Counted from the stretch's first letter, positions 28,430-39,243 are shown. The stretch: DNA of 64,000 nucleotides from Polyangiales bacterium (GCA_044229975.1 JBGARZ010000010.1:64001-128000); one strand, 5' to 3'. Notes: generated by a model from the sequence alone, not told the origin. Numbers and translations are program-made.

Positions 28430-29646
28430 CACTCCGCGTACATCTTGATGCCCGTCGCCGCCGCGAAGCTCAACCGATACGCCTCGTCCCAGTCGGGGTG
28501 CCGCACCATCAGGTGACCGTCCGACAGCAGCGTCTGCTTCCAGTTGCGGCGGTGCATCCCCGGTCGCAGCAGCTCCTCCTCCACCGCCCAGTGGCCCGCC
28601 TCGCGCAGCCAATTCCCCAACCCCTCGATGCGCGTGATGCGGCCCTGTCCCTGCGCCCGCTTGAAGATGATGCCCGCGTTGTACTTGCGCGTGGCGTCGG
28701 CCTTGAAGCTGTTCCAGCAGGCGACGCGCGCCCACTCGCGGAAGAGGTCGATGTCCGAGGTGTAGTTCATCTGGTCGACGATGTGCCCGCCGCCCGGCCT
28801 GCACCCGATCTCCCCAAACACCGCCTCGCCCTTCGGCGTCAGGAACCACTCCATGTGCGTGAAGCCCGTCCCCATCCCGAGCGCGCCCAGCACGTTGCGA
28901 CCAAGCTCCACGCCCGGCATCAACCGCGGCTGATACATGTCGCGCACCGTGATGATCACCGGGCTGATCCATTCGAGCGAGCGCATCTCGATGGGCTTCG
29001 GCAGGTACGACGCGACGTTTTCGTAGACCGGCTGTCCCTCGACGCACACCGTGTCGAAGGTGAACTCCTCGCCCTCGACGTACTCCTCGCAGCTCGCCTC
29101 GTGCACGCCGCGCATCAGCGGAATCACCCGGTCGAGCTCCTTCGCGTCGCCCACCCGATAGGTGTCCGCGCTCCCTGCTCCGGCGATGGGCTTCAAGATC
29201 AGCGGGTACCCGATGAACTCCGCCGCCTCGCGCATCTCCTTCTCCGTCCGCACCCGCCGCGAGCGCGGAACCCGCAGCCCCGCCGCGCGCACGCGCTCCT
29301 TCATGAGCTCCTTGTCGCGGAAGCCGTTGACGGCATCGACGCTCATGCCGGGCATCCCCCACCGCTCGCGAATGCGCGCCGCCAGGATCACCAGCGGCTC
29401 CCAGTTGGCGAGCACGCGGTCGACCTCCCTGCCGCGCATCCAGTTCGTCACCCGCTCGATGACGTCGTCCTCGTCCATGATGCGAGGAACCTGGAGGTAG
29501 TCGTGGAGGTACTGCTTCACCTCCCATGGCAGCGACTCGCGCGAGGCGTCGCCGACGCCAAACACGGTGGCCCCCACCTCCGCGAGCCCGCGGGTGTACT
29601 GGATCATCTCAGGGGGAAACGACGGAGCCAGGAAGACGACGCGCAT
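28429..29646 (-). CDS. ATP-grasp domain ligase
   Basis: FRDKELMK, GYPLILKPIAGAGS, EEYVEGEEF, THMEWF, EIGCRPGG. Confidence 0.88.
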   Translation of the reverse strand: MRVVFLAPSFPPEMIQYTRGLAEVGATVFGVGDASRESLPWEVKQYLHDYLQVPRIMDEDDVIERVTNWMRGREVDRVLANWEPLVILAARIRERWGMPGMSVDAVNGFRDKELMKERVRAAGLRVPRSRRVRTEKEMREAAEFIGYPLILKPIAGAGSADTYRVGDAKELDRVIPLMRGVHEASCEEYVEGEEFTFDTVCVEGQPVYENVASYLPKPIEMRSLEWISPVIITVRDMYQPRLMPGVELGRNVLGALGMGTGFTHMEWFLTPKGEAVFGEIGCRPGGGHIVDQMNYTSDIDLFREWARVACWNSFKADATRKYNAGIIFKRAQGQGRITRIEGLGNWLREAGHWAVEEELLRPGMHRRNWKQTLLSDGHLMVRHPDWDEAYRLSFAAATGIKMYAE

Positions 29647-29740
29647 GGCCGCGGACGCTATCACCACCCGGGTAACGATCGTGTGAGGGATTACCGTCAC
29701 CGTTGACCCTCGCGCGGCCGGTCCGCCATCCTCGCGCCCG

Positions 29741-30958
29741 ATGCCCCGCAACGTCGTCTTCGTCGCCCCGTTTCCCGCTGAAGTCACCATGCGCTTCGTG
29801 CGCGCCGCCTCACGCATCCCCGACGTGCGGCTGCTCGGCGTCGTGCACACGCCCCCCGGCGGCGCCGACGCCAACGTCTATCACGACATGGTGCGCGTCA
29901 CCGAGCCGCTCTCCGTGCGCGACATCATCGACGGCGTCGAGGTGCTCCGCCGCCGCCACGGGCAGCCCTTCCGCATCGTCGGCATCCTCGAATCGATCAT
30001 GGTGCAGCTCGCGCAAGCGCGGGCGCACTTCGGCGTCCCCGGCACACCACCGCGCGTCGCCGAACTCTTCCGCGACAAGTCGTTGATGAAGGCCGCGCTC
30101 CGCGAGGCGGGCCTGCCCGTCGCGCGCAGCCGCGTCATCCGCACCGAGGCCGACGCCCGCGGCTTCGCGGACGAAGTGGGCTTTCCCATGGTGCTCAAGC
30201 CCCCGTCGGGCATGGGCGGCAAGTCCACCTACCGGGTCAACTCCTACGAAGAACTCCTGCGCGCCGCCAGGGGCATGGGCGCTAGCGAGAACAACCCCGT
30301 GCTGGCAGAGGAGTTTCTGCGAGGGAGGGAGTTCAGCTACGAGACCATCACCACGGGCGGAGCGGTGCGCGCGCAGTCCATCTCGCACTACCTGCCAGGT
30401 TGCCTGGAGGCGATCGAGAACCCGTGGATCCAATGGACCTGCCTGCTCCCGCGCGACATTTCGGGCGCCGAGTACAACGGCGCCAAGGCCATGGGTCAGG
30501 CCACCGTGAAGGCGCTCGGACTCGATGACGGCATGACCCACATGGAGTGGTTTCAGCGCGCCGACGAGAGCCTCGTCATCGGCGAGATCGCGCAGCGCCC
30601 GCCGGGCGCCAACATCAGCCTGATGACGGGCCTCGCGCACGACGTCGACCTGTACGCCGCGTGGGCGCGCGCCGTGATCGACGGGGACTTCCACGGGCCC
30701 TGGGAGCGCAAGTACGCGGTGGGCAGCGCCTTCCTACGCGGCATGGGTCACGGCCGCGTGGCTGCGGTGCACGGCATCCACGAGACCTGGGAGGCCATTG
30801 GGAAGTGGGTGGTCGAGGCCAACCTGCCGACGGTGGGCGCGCCCAAGAGCGACAGCTACGAGGGTGACGGCTACGTGGTGGTGCGCGACCCCAACACTGA
30901 GGTCGTGAAGAAGGTGCTCAAGACCATCATCGAGACCATCCGCGTGCAGTACGCATGA
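29741..30958 (+). CDS. ATP-grasp domain ligase (paralog)
   Basis: FRDKSLMK, GFPMVLKPPSGMGG, EEFLRGREF, THMEWF, EIAQRPPG. Confidence 0.88.
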   Translation: MPRNVVFVAPFPAEVTMRFVRAASRIPDVRLLGVVHTPPGGADANVYHDMVRVTEPLSVRDIIDGVEVLRRRHGQPFRIVGILESIMVQLAQARAHFGVPGTPPRVAELFRDKSLMKAALREAGLPVARSRVIRTEADARGFADEVGFPMVLKPPSGMGGKSTYRVNSYEELLRAARGMGASENNPVLAEEFLRGREFSYETITTGGAVRAQSISHYLPGCLEAIENPWIQWTCLLPRDISGAEYNGAKAMGQATVKALGLDDGMTHMEWFQRADESLVIGEIAQRPPGANISLMTGLAHDVDLYAAWARAVIDGDFHGPWERKYAVGSAFLRGMGHGRVAAVHGIHETWEAIGKWVVEANLPTVGAPKSDSYEGDGYVVVRDPNTEVVKKVLKTIIETIRVQYA

Positions 30959-32541
30959 CCCGCGGGGTGTCGGTCGTCGTCGCGCTCGCCGCGCTGTGTG
31001 GCTGTGCCCGACCCGTCGTCCTCGCACCCGTTACGCGATCGCCGTCTCCGCCACCGACTCCGCCACCGATCGAAGCACCGACCGAGACAGCGGTCGAAGC
31101 GCCGCCTCCACCGCCGTGGCCCATCGACGATCTGCCCGCGGCCACCGCCACCACGCAGACGACGCTGGGTCGACCCGGTCCCGCGACGCCCGTGTGGATG
31201 AGCGCCAACGGGCGCTTCGTCGTGGTCTACCGGTGGAACCCGGACGACGTGGACTACCGCGCGTTTGGTCCGCTGTCGGTCGACCTTCATGACGTCCACA
31301 CGCGCACGACCACCCGCATCGACGAGGTGATCGCCTTCGACCAGACGCGGCGCTGGTGCCTCTACCGGCGCAACGGTCACCTCGTGCTGCTCGACGGCGC
31401 GGACGGCACGCGACTCGACCCGGAGCGCGAAGGAGTGCTCACCGAAGACAACGGCTACCTGCTGCTGACCCGCATCGTCTCCTTCAGCTTCGATGGCCTG
31501 CGCGCTCTCTTCCCACTGCGCGATGGCAGCGGCTTCGTCGAGTTCGATCTCGCCACCCGCACGGCCCGCCGCACCGTTGTTCCTGGTGGCGTCTGGTATG
31601 TGGAGGCGCTCGCGCTCCCGCAGGGCCACCGCATCCTCCAATGGCCGGCCGGGAGCCCTTTGCCCCGCGGGTTTCAGGGGTTGAGCAGCGGCTACATCGC
31701 GCGCCCGATCGAGTCGCGGGATCACCCTCCGTTTCGTCGGCACGCTCCGCCGGAGGCCGACGCGCGCCTCGTCGTGACGCCCAGCGGAACCCACCGACTG
31801 CCAACCGCCGCGCCCGCGAGTGGGGGGACGGTGATGTTTGAGTCGACGCCGGTGACCACGCTCGATGAACTGGAGCTGTTCCACCCCGGGATCACCGCGC
31901 TCCTCCCGCCCGAGACGCGCTTCCACCCGACTCCCGGGGAGGCAGCCGGCTTCGTGTGGCGGAGTGAAGAGGTCAGGCTCTACGCCGACACACCCGACGG
32001 GTGGCGAAGCTGGCCGATTCCTCCGCATCTGCACGCGGTCGATGGAGCCCGCCTCGTGTCCGTCCTCGGACACCGACTGCTGGCGATCAACGCGGAGGCG
32101 CGTCGCGAGCACTACTTCATCCACCGCATGGGATGGATCGACCTCGACGCGGGGTCGACGGAGGTGATGCCCTCGGTGCTCGACAACGGCGTCGTGAGGG
32201 AGCGCGCCGGCTGGCTCCTCGGCAACTCGGAAGGGTCGCTGGTCATGATCCGGGTGGGCGAGCGGCGGGTGCGGCGGGTGCCGTCGGTGGAGCCGACGTT
32301 GACGGGCCATTGGTTTCCGTACGGGCGCGTGGGCGGGGACTCGATCGTGCCGTTTCCCGAGCACGGTGGGTACGTCCGCGCGCCGGGGTGGCTGGTCGAC
32401 ACGTCATCCGGCGGGTGCGCGCTCACCGCCGTGAGCGACCTTCGCGACAACTGGTACCAGGGGCCGTTTACCGTGACCTGTATGCGCGTGACGGCGACCG
32501 ACGGCGGCGCACTTCCCGCCCAAGCCCCTCGATCGCGCTGA
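30955..32541 (+). CDS. Hypothetical lipoprotein
   Basis: Lipobox LCGC, Pro-rich linker, beta-rich body; ATGA overlap with the ATP-grasp gene. Confidence 0.6.
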   Translation: MTRGVSVVVALAALCGCARPVVLAPVTRSPSPPPTPPPIEAPTETAVEAPPPPPWPIDDLPAATATTQTTLGRPGPATPVWMSANGRFVVVYRWNPDDVDYRAFGPLSVDLHDVHTRTTTRIDEVIAFDQTRRWCLYRRNGHLVLLDGADGTRLDPEREGVLTEDNGYLLLTRIVSFSFDGLRALFPLRDGSGFVEFDLATRTARRTVVPGGVWYVEALALPQGHRILQWPAGSPLPRGFQGLSSGYIARPIESRDHPPFRRHAPPEADARLVVTPSGTHRLPTAAPASGGTVMFESTPVTTLDELELFHPGITALLPPETRFHPTPGEAAGFVWRSEEVRLYADTPDGWRSWPIPPHLHAVDGARLVSVLGHRLLAINAEARREHYFIHRMGWIDLDAGSTEVMPSVLDNGVVRERAGWLLGNSEGSLVMIRVGERRVRRVPSVEPTLTGHWFPYGRVGGDSIVPFPEHGGYVRAPGWLVDTSSGGCALTAVSDLRDNWYQGPFTVTCMRVTATDGGALPAQAPRSR

Positions 32542-32628
32542 CCCGCAGTGGCGTCCGCGCCCCGTGCGTGGCGCCGACGCGTCGCCGCGGCGAACCCGCA
32601 GGTGCGGTGATCGTCGACGCCCGCCGCG

Positions 32629-32644
32629 TGGCACCCGCGGTGCT
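32629..32644 (+). promoter_or_regulatory. Candidate sigma-54 (-24/-12) promoter
   Basis: TGGCACCCGCGGTGCT has GG-N10-GC spacing and ends about 30 bp upstream of the ATG at 32675, with AGGAGG in between. Confidence 0.5.
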
Positions 32645-32674
32645 GAAGGTGTCCGGAGTCCACAGGAGGATTCC

Positions 32675-35600
32675 ATGCACCACGAACAAACTTCGTCGGG
32701 GGGCCGCGTCGACGCACGCGCCCCGCTCCACCAGACCCGCGCGTCGCGCCTCGCGGTCTTCGCGTTGTTCGCCGCGGGCCTCGTCGTCGCGCCCGGCACC
32801 GCGCGGGCGGTGACCGAGACGTACACCTTCCACGACACCCTCACGCCAGTAGAGGGCGCGGGCAACGTGATGGTGCCCGTCTACAACAGCCCCGGGAGCA
32901 TCCTCACCAGCGGCGGATCGGGCTTCGTCAACGGCAGCTTCGTCACCCAGACCATCAGCCCCACGGCCTGCGCGGCGATGCCCACCGTGCGCTCGTGGTC
33001 GTTTCCGGCGCGTGGTGGTTTGCGCTACCTCAACGCCACTCCAGCGGTGGTCACCGGCTCGTACACGGTGTCGATCCTGGTGCGCTTCAACCCGCTGTCG
33101 GGCGCGTGGGCGCGGCTCATCGACTTCTCCAACTCCACGCTCGACACCGGCATCTACGAGCACAACGGCGGCGTCGGCTTCTACCCCGTCGGTGACTACG
33201 CCGCGGGCAGCTTCGTCACCAACCGCGACACCTTCGTCACCATCACCCGCAACGGAACCTCGCGCCTCGTCAGCCTCTACATCAACGGCAACGCCGCGGG
33301 CACGTACACCGACACGGGCAACCTCTACGCCCCCTCGGCGTCGGTGCTCTACCTCTTCATGGACAACACCACCGGCTCGGCGAACATCACCGAGGCCAAC
33401 GCCGGCGTCGTCTCGTACATCCAGATCTCCGACGCACCCTTCACCGCCGCCGAGGTCACCGCCAGCCTCGCCAGCATCTGCGGCTCCATCGCGTGCGGCG
33501 ACGGAACCCTCCAGACCGGCGAGGGCTGTGACCCCGGCGCGGGCGGCGGCTCCACGACCTGCACCGCGGGCTGCCGCATCCCCACCGGCCGCGCCTGCAA
33601 CGCCACGTCGCCCGGCCTCACCGGCGGCGCGTCGTGCGTCACGGGCCTCTGCGACACCACCAACTACGCCGCCCCCGGTCGCTGCGCTCAATGTGTCACC
33701 AGCGCGCAGTGCTCCGGCGCGACGCCGAGCTGCAACACCACCACCAACCTCTGCGTCGCCTGCAACGCCCCCGGCGCCAGCGCCTGCGGCGGCGGAACCG
33801 TCTGCATCACCAGCGGCGCCATGGCCGGTCAGTGCGGCCCGTGCACCGCTGACGCGCAGTGCTCTGGCGCGACGCCCGCGTGCGACCCGATCACGAGCCG
33901 ATGCGCGGCTTGCACCATCGCCAACCCGGGCGCGTGCTCGGGCGCGACGCCGGTCTGTGCGCCCGCCACCAACACCTGCGTGGCGTGCTCGGCGGTGGGC
34001 GCCATCCCCTGCGCGACGGGGACGACCTGCTCCACGACGGGATCGACCGCGGGGCGCTGCGTGCAGTGCTCCAGCAACAGCGGATGCAGCGGATCGACCC
34101 CCGCGTGTGACACCAGCACCGGCGCGTGTCGCGGGTGCTCGGTGGCGTCGCAGTCCTCCGTGTGCGGCGGCTCGACCAGCGCCTGCAACCCCACCACCGG
34201 CGCGTGCGTGGCTCCGTCCGTGACGATCACCGCGCCCGCGGATGGCGCGTACTTCCCGTCGGGCGCGCCGTCGTTCTCGGGCACCGCGACGCCCGGTCAG
34301 ACCGTCACCATCACCATCGACGGCGTGGTCGTCGGAACCGTCGTCGCAGGCACCTCCGGCGCCTGGACCTTCGCGTGGCCCGCCGGGCGCGCGGCGCTCA
34401 CCAACGGCGCGCACACCGCGAACATCTCCATCACCACGGGGTCGTCGCCGACCAGCGTCACGCGCACCATCAACGTCGGCTGCGGCGCCTCGTCGGACTG
34501 CTCCGGCGCCACGCCCGTCTGCGACACCACGGCGCGCGTCTGCGTGCAGTGCCTCAACGCCTCGCAGTGCACTTCGACCCGCCCGGTGTGCGCGAGCAAC
34601 GCCTGCCGCGCGTGCGCCGTGGCGACCCAGGGCGCCGACTGCCCCGCGAGCGCGACCAGCGCATGCAACGGCGCGACGGGCGCCTGCGTGGCCCCGACGG
34701 TGACCCTCACCGCGCCCGCCAACGGGTCGGCCTCGGGGAGCGGCTCACCGACGCTCTCGGGCGCCGCCACGCCCGGTCAGACCGTCACCGTCACCGTCGA
34801 CGGCGCCGTCCTCGGAACCGTCATCGCGGGCACCTCGGGTGCCTGGATGCTCGCCTGGCCCGCGGGTCGGAGTGCGCTCGCCAACGGGTCGCACACCGCC
34901 ACCGCCGCCGTGACCGCGGGCTCCACCGTGAGCGCGATGAGCACCTTCACCGTCGGGTGCGTCACCAACGCGAGCTGCTCGGGGTCGACGCCCATCTGCG
35001 CGACCGCCACCAGCACCTGCCGCGCCTGCGCGATGGCGGGCATGACCTCGACGGACTGCGCGGGCAGCGCGATGACGCCGTTCTGCTCGGGCGCTGGGGC
35101 GACGAGCGGGCAGTGCGTCGCCGCGCCGCCGCGCGTGGTCGACCCCGCCAACAGCAGCCGCACGGCGCTCACCCGACCGACCGTTCGCGGCACCGCTCCC
35201 GCCAACGGAACCGTCCAGGTGTTCATCGACGGAACCTCCGTCGGCACCGCGGTTGCGGATGCTTCGGGCAACTTCAGCTTCGTTCCCGCGACGGCGCTCT
35301 CGGTCGCGATGCACACCGTCGCCGCGGCCAACGTCGTCGCGAGCGTGGTCGGGCCGACCGGCACCGCCAACACGTTCACCGTCACGGGGTGCACCGCGGC
35401 CGCCGACTGCTCCGGGTCGTCGCCCATCTGCGACGCCACCTCGCGCGCGTGCCGGGCGTGCAACCCGTCGATGGCCAGCGACTGCGCCGTCGCTACGCCG
35501 CTGTGCAGCACCTCCGGGGCGAGCGCAGGGATGTGCGTCGCGTCGGTTCCGACCATCACGGCGCCGACCGAGGGCGCGCGGCTCGCGTCGCGTCGACCCG

Positions 35601-36571
35601 AGGTGCGCGGCACCGCCGTCCCGTCGGGGAGCGTGTCGGTGCTCATCGATGGTGCCGCCGCGGGGCGCGCCACCGTGAGCGCGGCGGGGACCTTCACGTT
35701 CACGCCGACGGCCGACCTCGCGCTCGGCGCTCACACCGTCGCCGCCGCCCTCGTCGCCGCGGGCGGTGACGGCGGAACCACCGGCGCGCCGGGCCCGTCG
35801 GTGCGCTTCACCCTCGTCGGCTGCGCCACGGCCGCCGACTGCTCCGGCGGAACGCCCATCTGCGACGCGTCGGGCGTCTGCCGCGCGTGTGACCCGATGC
35901 GCGAGGAGACCGACTGCCCCGACGACGAGGCCAACACCTGCGCGGTCCGTGGTCCCGATCAGGGGCGATGCGTCGAGCAGGCGCCCGTGGTGATCGAGCC
36001 CGCCGAGGGTTCGCGCACGCTCTCCCGCCGACCCGTTCTCAGCGGCCTGGCGGCGCCGACGGAGGAGGTCGCCGTTCGCATCGACGGCATGGAGGTCGGT
36101 CGCGGTCGCGCGAACTTCATGGCGATGTGGACCGTCTCCCTGAGCGGCGACCTGTCCATCGGCGAGCACACCGTCACCGCGCAGTACGTCTACCTCGACG
36201 GCTCGCTCGGAACGGTCGGCCAGCCGAACCGCTTCACCGTCCTCGAATGCGGGAGCGACGTCGATTGCATCCCCGGCCGCTGCGACGTCGCCGCGGGTCG
36301 CTGCATGAGCATCGCCGTCGACGGAGGAACGCCCACCGACGCAGGAGGCACCGTCGTCGACGCGGCCGTGAGCTCGGACGCGCCCGTCGGGTCCGACGCG
36401 GGTGTCACCACGCCCGACGTCGAGACGCCCGATGCCGGGAGCACGCCGACGATGACCACGCCCGCGAGCGGCTGCGGCTGCCGCGTGGGCGACCCGTCGT
36501 CGACCGGCGGTCGCCCGTGGCTGGCGCTCGCCGCGCTGGCGCTCGTGATCCGCCGCCGTCGCCAGCGCTGA
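32675..36571 (+). CDS. Large MYXO-CTERM surface protein: LamG-like domain, Cys-rich repeats, five Ig-like domains
   Basis: Signal peptide; WARLIDFSN LamG-like region; repeated CSGATPxC modules; P.(V/I)..P..G....P...GTA.PG..V.(I/V).IDG Ig repeats; C-terminal SGCGC...LALAALALVIRRRRQR. Confidence 0.85.
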   Translation: MHHEQTSSGGRVDARAPLHQTRASRLAVFALFAAGLVVAPGTARAVTETYTFHDTLTPVEGAGNVMVPVYNSPGSILTSGGSGFVNGSFVTQTISPTACAAMPTVRSWSFPARGGLRYLNATPAVVTGSYTVSILVRFNPLSGAWARLIDFSNSTLDTGIYEHNGGVGFYPVGDYAAGSFVTNRDTFVTITRNGTSRLVSLYINGNAAGTYTDTGNLYAPSASVLYLFMDNTTGSANITEANAGVVSYIQISDAPFTAAEVTASLASICGSIACGDGTLQTGEGCDPGAGGGSTTCTAGCRIPTGRACNATSPGLTGGASCVTGLCDTTNYAAPGRCAQCVTSAQCSGATPSCNTTTNLCVACNAPGASACGGGTVCITSGAMAGQCGPCTADAQCSGATPACDPITSRCAACTIANPGACSGATPVCAPATNTCVACSAVGAIPCATGTTCSTTGSTAGRCVQCSSNSGCSGSTPACDTSTGACRGCSVASQSSVCGGSTSACNPTTGACVAPSVTITAPADGAYFPSGAPSFSGTATPGQTVTITIDGVVVGTVVAGTSGAWTFAWPAGRAALTNGAHTANISITTGSSPTSVTRTINVGCGASSDCSGATPVCDTTARVCVQCLNASQCTSTRPVCASNACRACAVATQGADCPASATSACNGATGACVAPTVTLTAPANGSASGSGSPTLSGAATPGQTVTVTVDGAVLGTVIAGTSGAWMLAWPAGRSALANGSHTATAAVTAGSTVSAMSTFTVGCVTNASCSGSTPICATATSTCRACAMAGMTSTDCAGSAMTPFCSGAGATSGQCVAAPPRVVDPANSSRTALTRPTVRGTAPANGTVQVFIDGTSVGTAVADASGNFSFVPATALSVAMHTVAAANVVASVVGPTGTANTFTVTGCTAAADCSGSSPICDATSRACRACNPSMASDCAVATPLCSTSGASAGMCVASVPTITAPTEGARLASRRPEVRGTAVPSGSVSVLIDGAAAGRATVSAAGTFTFTPTADLALGAHTVAAALVAAGGDGGTTGAPGPSVRFTLVGCATAADCSGGTPICDASGVCRACDPMREETDCPDDEANTCAVRGPDQGRCVEQAPVVIEPAEGSRTLSRRPVLSGLAAPTEEVAVRIDGMEVGRGRANFMAMWTVSLSGDLSIGEHTVTAQYVYLDGSLGTVGQPNRFTVLECGSDVDCIPGRCDVAAGRCMSIAVDGGTPTDAGGTVVDAAVSSDAPVGSDAGVTTPDVETPDAGSTPTMTTPASGCGCRVGDPSSTGGRPWLALAALALVIRRRRQR

Positions 36572-36580
36572 GTCGCAGCA

Positions 36581-36603
36581 GCCCGTCGCGTCCTGCGACG
36601 GGC
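36581..36603. terminator. GC-rich hairpin between convergent genes
   Basis: GCCCGTCGC-GTCCT-GCGACGGGC perfect 9-bp stem; no clear U-tract. Confidence 0.5.
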
Positions 36604-36616
36604 GTTGACCCGCGAA

Positions 36617-37774
36617 TCAGAACACCCCGCCCACCGAGAACATCGCCCCGCCCGACAAGGGCACCACGCTCCCGCCGAGCCGCAGGGCAGCCCGTGGCGT
36701 GGTCACCCGAACCTCCTGCGTCGTCCGCGCAAACAACGTGATGTCGAGGACCATCGCCGCGAGGTAGCCGAGGCCCGCGCCGACGATGATGCCGGTCGAA
36801 TCGCGTTGTCTCGCCCCGAGACCGATCAGCGCGCCGATCCCAGGGATCCCGAGGCGGATGCCGAGGGAGCCGAAGCCCACGCCGATTCGCCCGTGCGCCC
36901 AGTGCACGATCGCCGGGCCGAGGTAGCTGATTCCGCCGGCCACGTACGCGAACTCAGTAGCTCCGGTAAACGCCAGCAGGCTGATCGCCGACGCTCCGCC
37001 CTCCACGATGAGTATCTGCCAGCCGTACCACTGCCTCTCACGCACCATCGGTTGAAACAGTGGCTCACAGACGCAGGCACCCATGGCGGTCCCCCTGAGG
37101 TTGCAGGTCTGCGCGCCGCTCACGCCGTTGGCGCACGCGCACGCCGACTGCGCGCCTGGGACGCACGCCGCCGGGGGCGCGGTCGCGATCACCACTGGCG
37201 GGGGTGCTTCGGGCGCAGCCTCCAGCGTGACTTCGAGCGGCACGCGCTGACGGGCGGCCACGCGCACCATGCGGCTCTGCGCGACGTGACCGGGCGCCTC
37301 GACGTGCACCACGCGCTCGCCCGGATCGACCAGCAGCACGCGCCCATTGGGGCTGAAGAGCGGCGGTCGGCCGTCGACGGTGATGGTCGCGCCCGCCGGT
37401 CGCACCTCGAGCGGGATCAACCCGCAGCCCTCGCGGAGCGTCACCAGCGTGGCGCGGATGGCGGCGGAGCGCGCGGGCTCGACCTCGGTCCCGGCGTCGC
37501 TGAGGTACTGCTGAAAGGTCGCGATCGCTTCGAGGTTGTGCCCGAGCGCGCGGTACGCGAGCGCGAGGTTGTAGAGCACCGTCGGCACCGCGCGGATGCG
37601 ATACGACTCTTGAAACGCGACGATGGCGTCGGCGTAGTGCGTCGCCTGCATCGCCTCGATGCCCTGGCGAAACGACGCCTCGGCCCGCGCGGCGTCCCCG
37701 GTCTGCGCCCGCGCGTTGGCCGACGTGAGCGTGAGCGCGAGGAGCAGCGCGAGGCCCGCGCGCGACGCTCTCAT
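36617..37774 (-). CDS. TPR + PEGA domain protein with C-terminal membrane segments
   Basis: FRQG...VLYNLALAYRALG TPR; PAGATITVDG...PG....VEAPGH PEGA; RQWYGWQIL. Confidence 0.8.
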   Translation of the reverse strand: MRASRAGLALLLALTLTSANARAQTGDAARAEASFRQGIEAMQATHYADAIVAFQESYRIRAVPTVLYNLALAYRALGHNLEAIATFQQYLSDAGTEVEPARSAAIRATLVTLREGCGLIPLEVRPAGATITVDGRPPLFSPNGRVLLVDPGERVVHVEAPGHVAQSRMVRVAARQRVPLEVTLEAAPEAPPPVVIATAPPAACVPGAQSACACANGVSGAQTCNLRGTAMGACVCEPLFQPMVRERQWYGWQILIVEGGASAISLLAFTGATEFAYVAGGISYLGPAIVHWAHGRIGVGFGSLGIRLGIPGIGALIGLGARQRDSTGIIVGAGLGYLAAMVLDITLFARTTQEVRVTTPRAALRLGGSVVPLSGGAMFSVGGVF

Positions 37775-39243
37775 GGCCGATGGCCAGGGTAGGAGGTGTC
37801 GACCGCGAGCGGATCAACCGCCGCCGGGGGAGCCGCCGCCGCGACGGGATGCACCACGGGACGCACCACCGGTCGCGCCGCACGCACCGCGGGTCGCGCG
37901 GGTGGAGCCACGACGGGTGGAGCCACGACGGGTGGTGAGCCCGCATCGACGATCGCGACGACCGCGGGGGGCGGTGGTGGCGGTGGCGCGACGGGGAGCG
38001 GGGCGGCGGGTGCGATGGCCGTCACGACGGGTGGTCCGGGCACGAGCGGCGGGGCGGTGCGTCGGCCGAACATCACCCCCATGGTCGCGGCGCCACCGAC
38101 GAGCGCGACGACGAGCGTGGCGACGACCGCGCGTCGGTTGGTGAGGCGCGGCATCCAGCTCTGCACCGACGCGGCCTGCCACTGGGTGGGCGTGAGCGTC
38201 GGGGCGCTGTGGGCGTCTTCTTCCGTCGGGGCGAGCGGCGCCGCGGGCTCCCGGCTCGGCGTCGAGGCGGGCGGCGGTTCGCTGGAGTCGCGCAGCACCA
38301 CGCCGCTCAGAAACGCGTCTCGCTGGGCCGGGTCGACCAGCGGCGCGCCGTCGTCGAGGGGGCACTCCAGCACGGCCGACAGAAACTCCGACATGCTGGC
38401 GTAGCGTTGCGCGAGATCGGGTTCGAGGGCGCGGTGGATGACCGCAGCGAGCTGCCTGGGAACCCCGGGAGCGACCTCTTCGATGCGCGGCGCCGGCGTG
38501 GTCAGGATCGCCACGATGAGGAGGTTGTAGTTGGGCGCATCGAAGGGCAGGCGCCCGGCGACGAGCTCGTAGAGCAGCACGCCCATGGACCAGACGTCAC
38601 TGCGACCGTCGACGTCGGAGCGGCCGCGGGCCTGCTCGGGGGACATGTACTGAGGCGTTCCGATGGCGACGCCGGTCTGCGTGCGCGAGCGGTCGGCGGA
38701 GGGGCCGTCGAGCACCTTGGAGATGCCGAAGTCGATGAGCTTCGGTGCGGTGACGCCGCGTGGCCCGGTGGTGAGGAAGATGTTCTCGGGCTTGATGTCG
38801 CGGTGGACGATGCCCAGCCGGTGCGCGGCGACGAGCGCGGACATCACCGGCGCGAGCAGCGCGAGGGACTCCCGCATGGTGAGCGCGGGCACCTGCTGCA
38901 TCCGCCGCGCGAGGTCCAGGCCCTCCAGAAACTCCTGGACGATGAACAGCCCGCCCTGCGCCGGGTCTTCGCCCATGTCGAGGACGTCGACGATGTTGGG
39001 GTGCGAGATGGCCGTCGCGGCCTTCGCCTCGCGCAAGAAGCGCCGCACGATCTCGGGCTTCCGTGCGAACTGCGCGTGCAGCATCTTCACGGCGACGCGC
39101 CGCCCCGTCCACGAGTTGCGGGCCTCGTACACGGCGCCCATCCCGCCCGACCCCAGCAGGCGCACGACCTGATACTTCCCTCCGATGACGGCATCGGGCG
39201 GGAGAGTCCCTTCCAGGTCCAGATCGTTTCCCTCCGCGCTCAT
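37771..39243 (-). CDS. Membrane-bound Hanks-type Ser/Thr protein kinase
   Basis: [36 protein letters not shown] helix, Pro-rich tail. Confidence 0.95.
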   Translation of the reverse strand: MSAEGNDLDLEGTLPPDAVIGGKYQVVRLLGSGGMGAVYEARNSWTGRRVAVKMLHAQFARKPEIVRRFLREAKAATAISHPNIVDVLDMGEDPAQGGLFIVQEFLEGLDLARRMQQVPALTMRESLALLAPVMSALVAAHRLGIVHRDIKPENIFLTTGPRGVTAPKLIDFGISKVLDGPSADRSRTQTGVAIGTPQYMSPEQARGRSDVDGRSDVWSMGVLLYELVAGRLPFDAPNYNLLIVAILTTPAPRIEEVAPGVPRQLAAVIHRALEPDLAQRYASMSEFLSAVLECPLDDGAPLVDPAQRDAFLSGVVLRDSSEPPPASTPSREPAAPLAPTEEDAHSAPTLTPTQWQAASVQSWMPRLTNRRAVVATLVVALVGGAATMGVMFGRRTAPPLVPGPPVVTAIAPAAPLPVAPPPPPPPAVVAIVDAGSPPVVAPPVVAPPARPAVRAARPVVRPVVHPVAAAAPPAAVDPLAVDTSYPGHRP

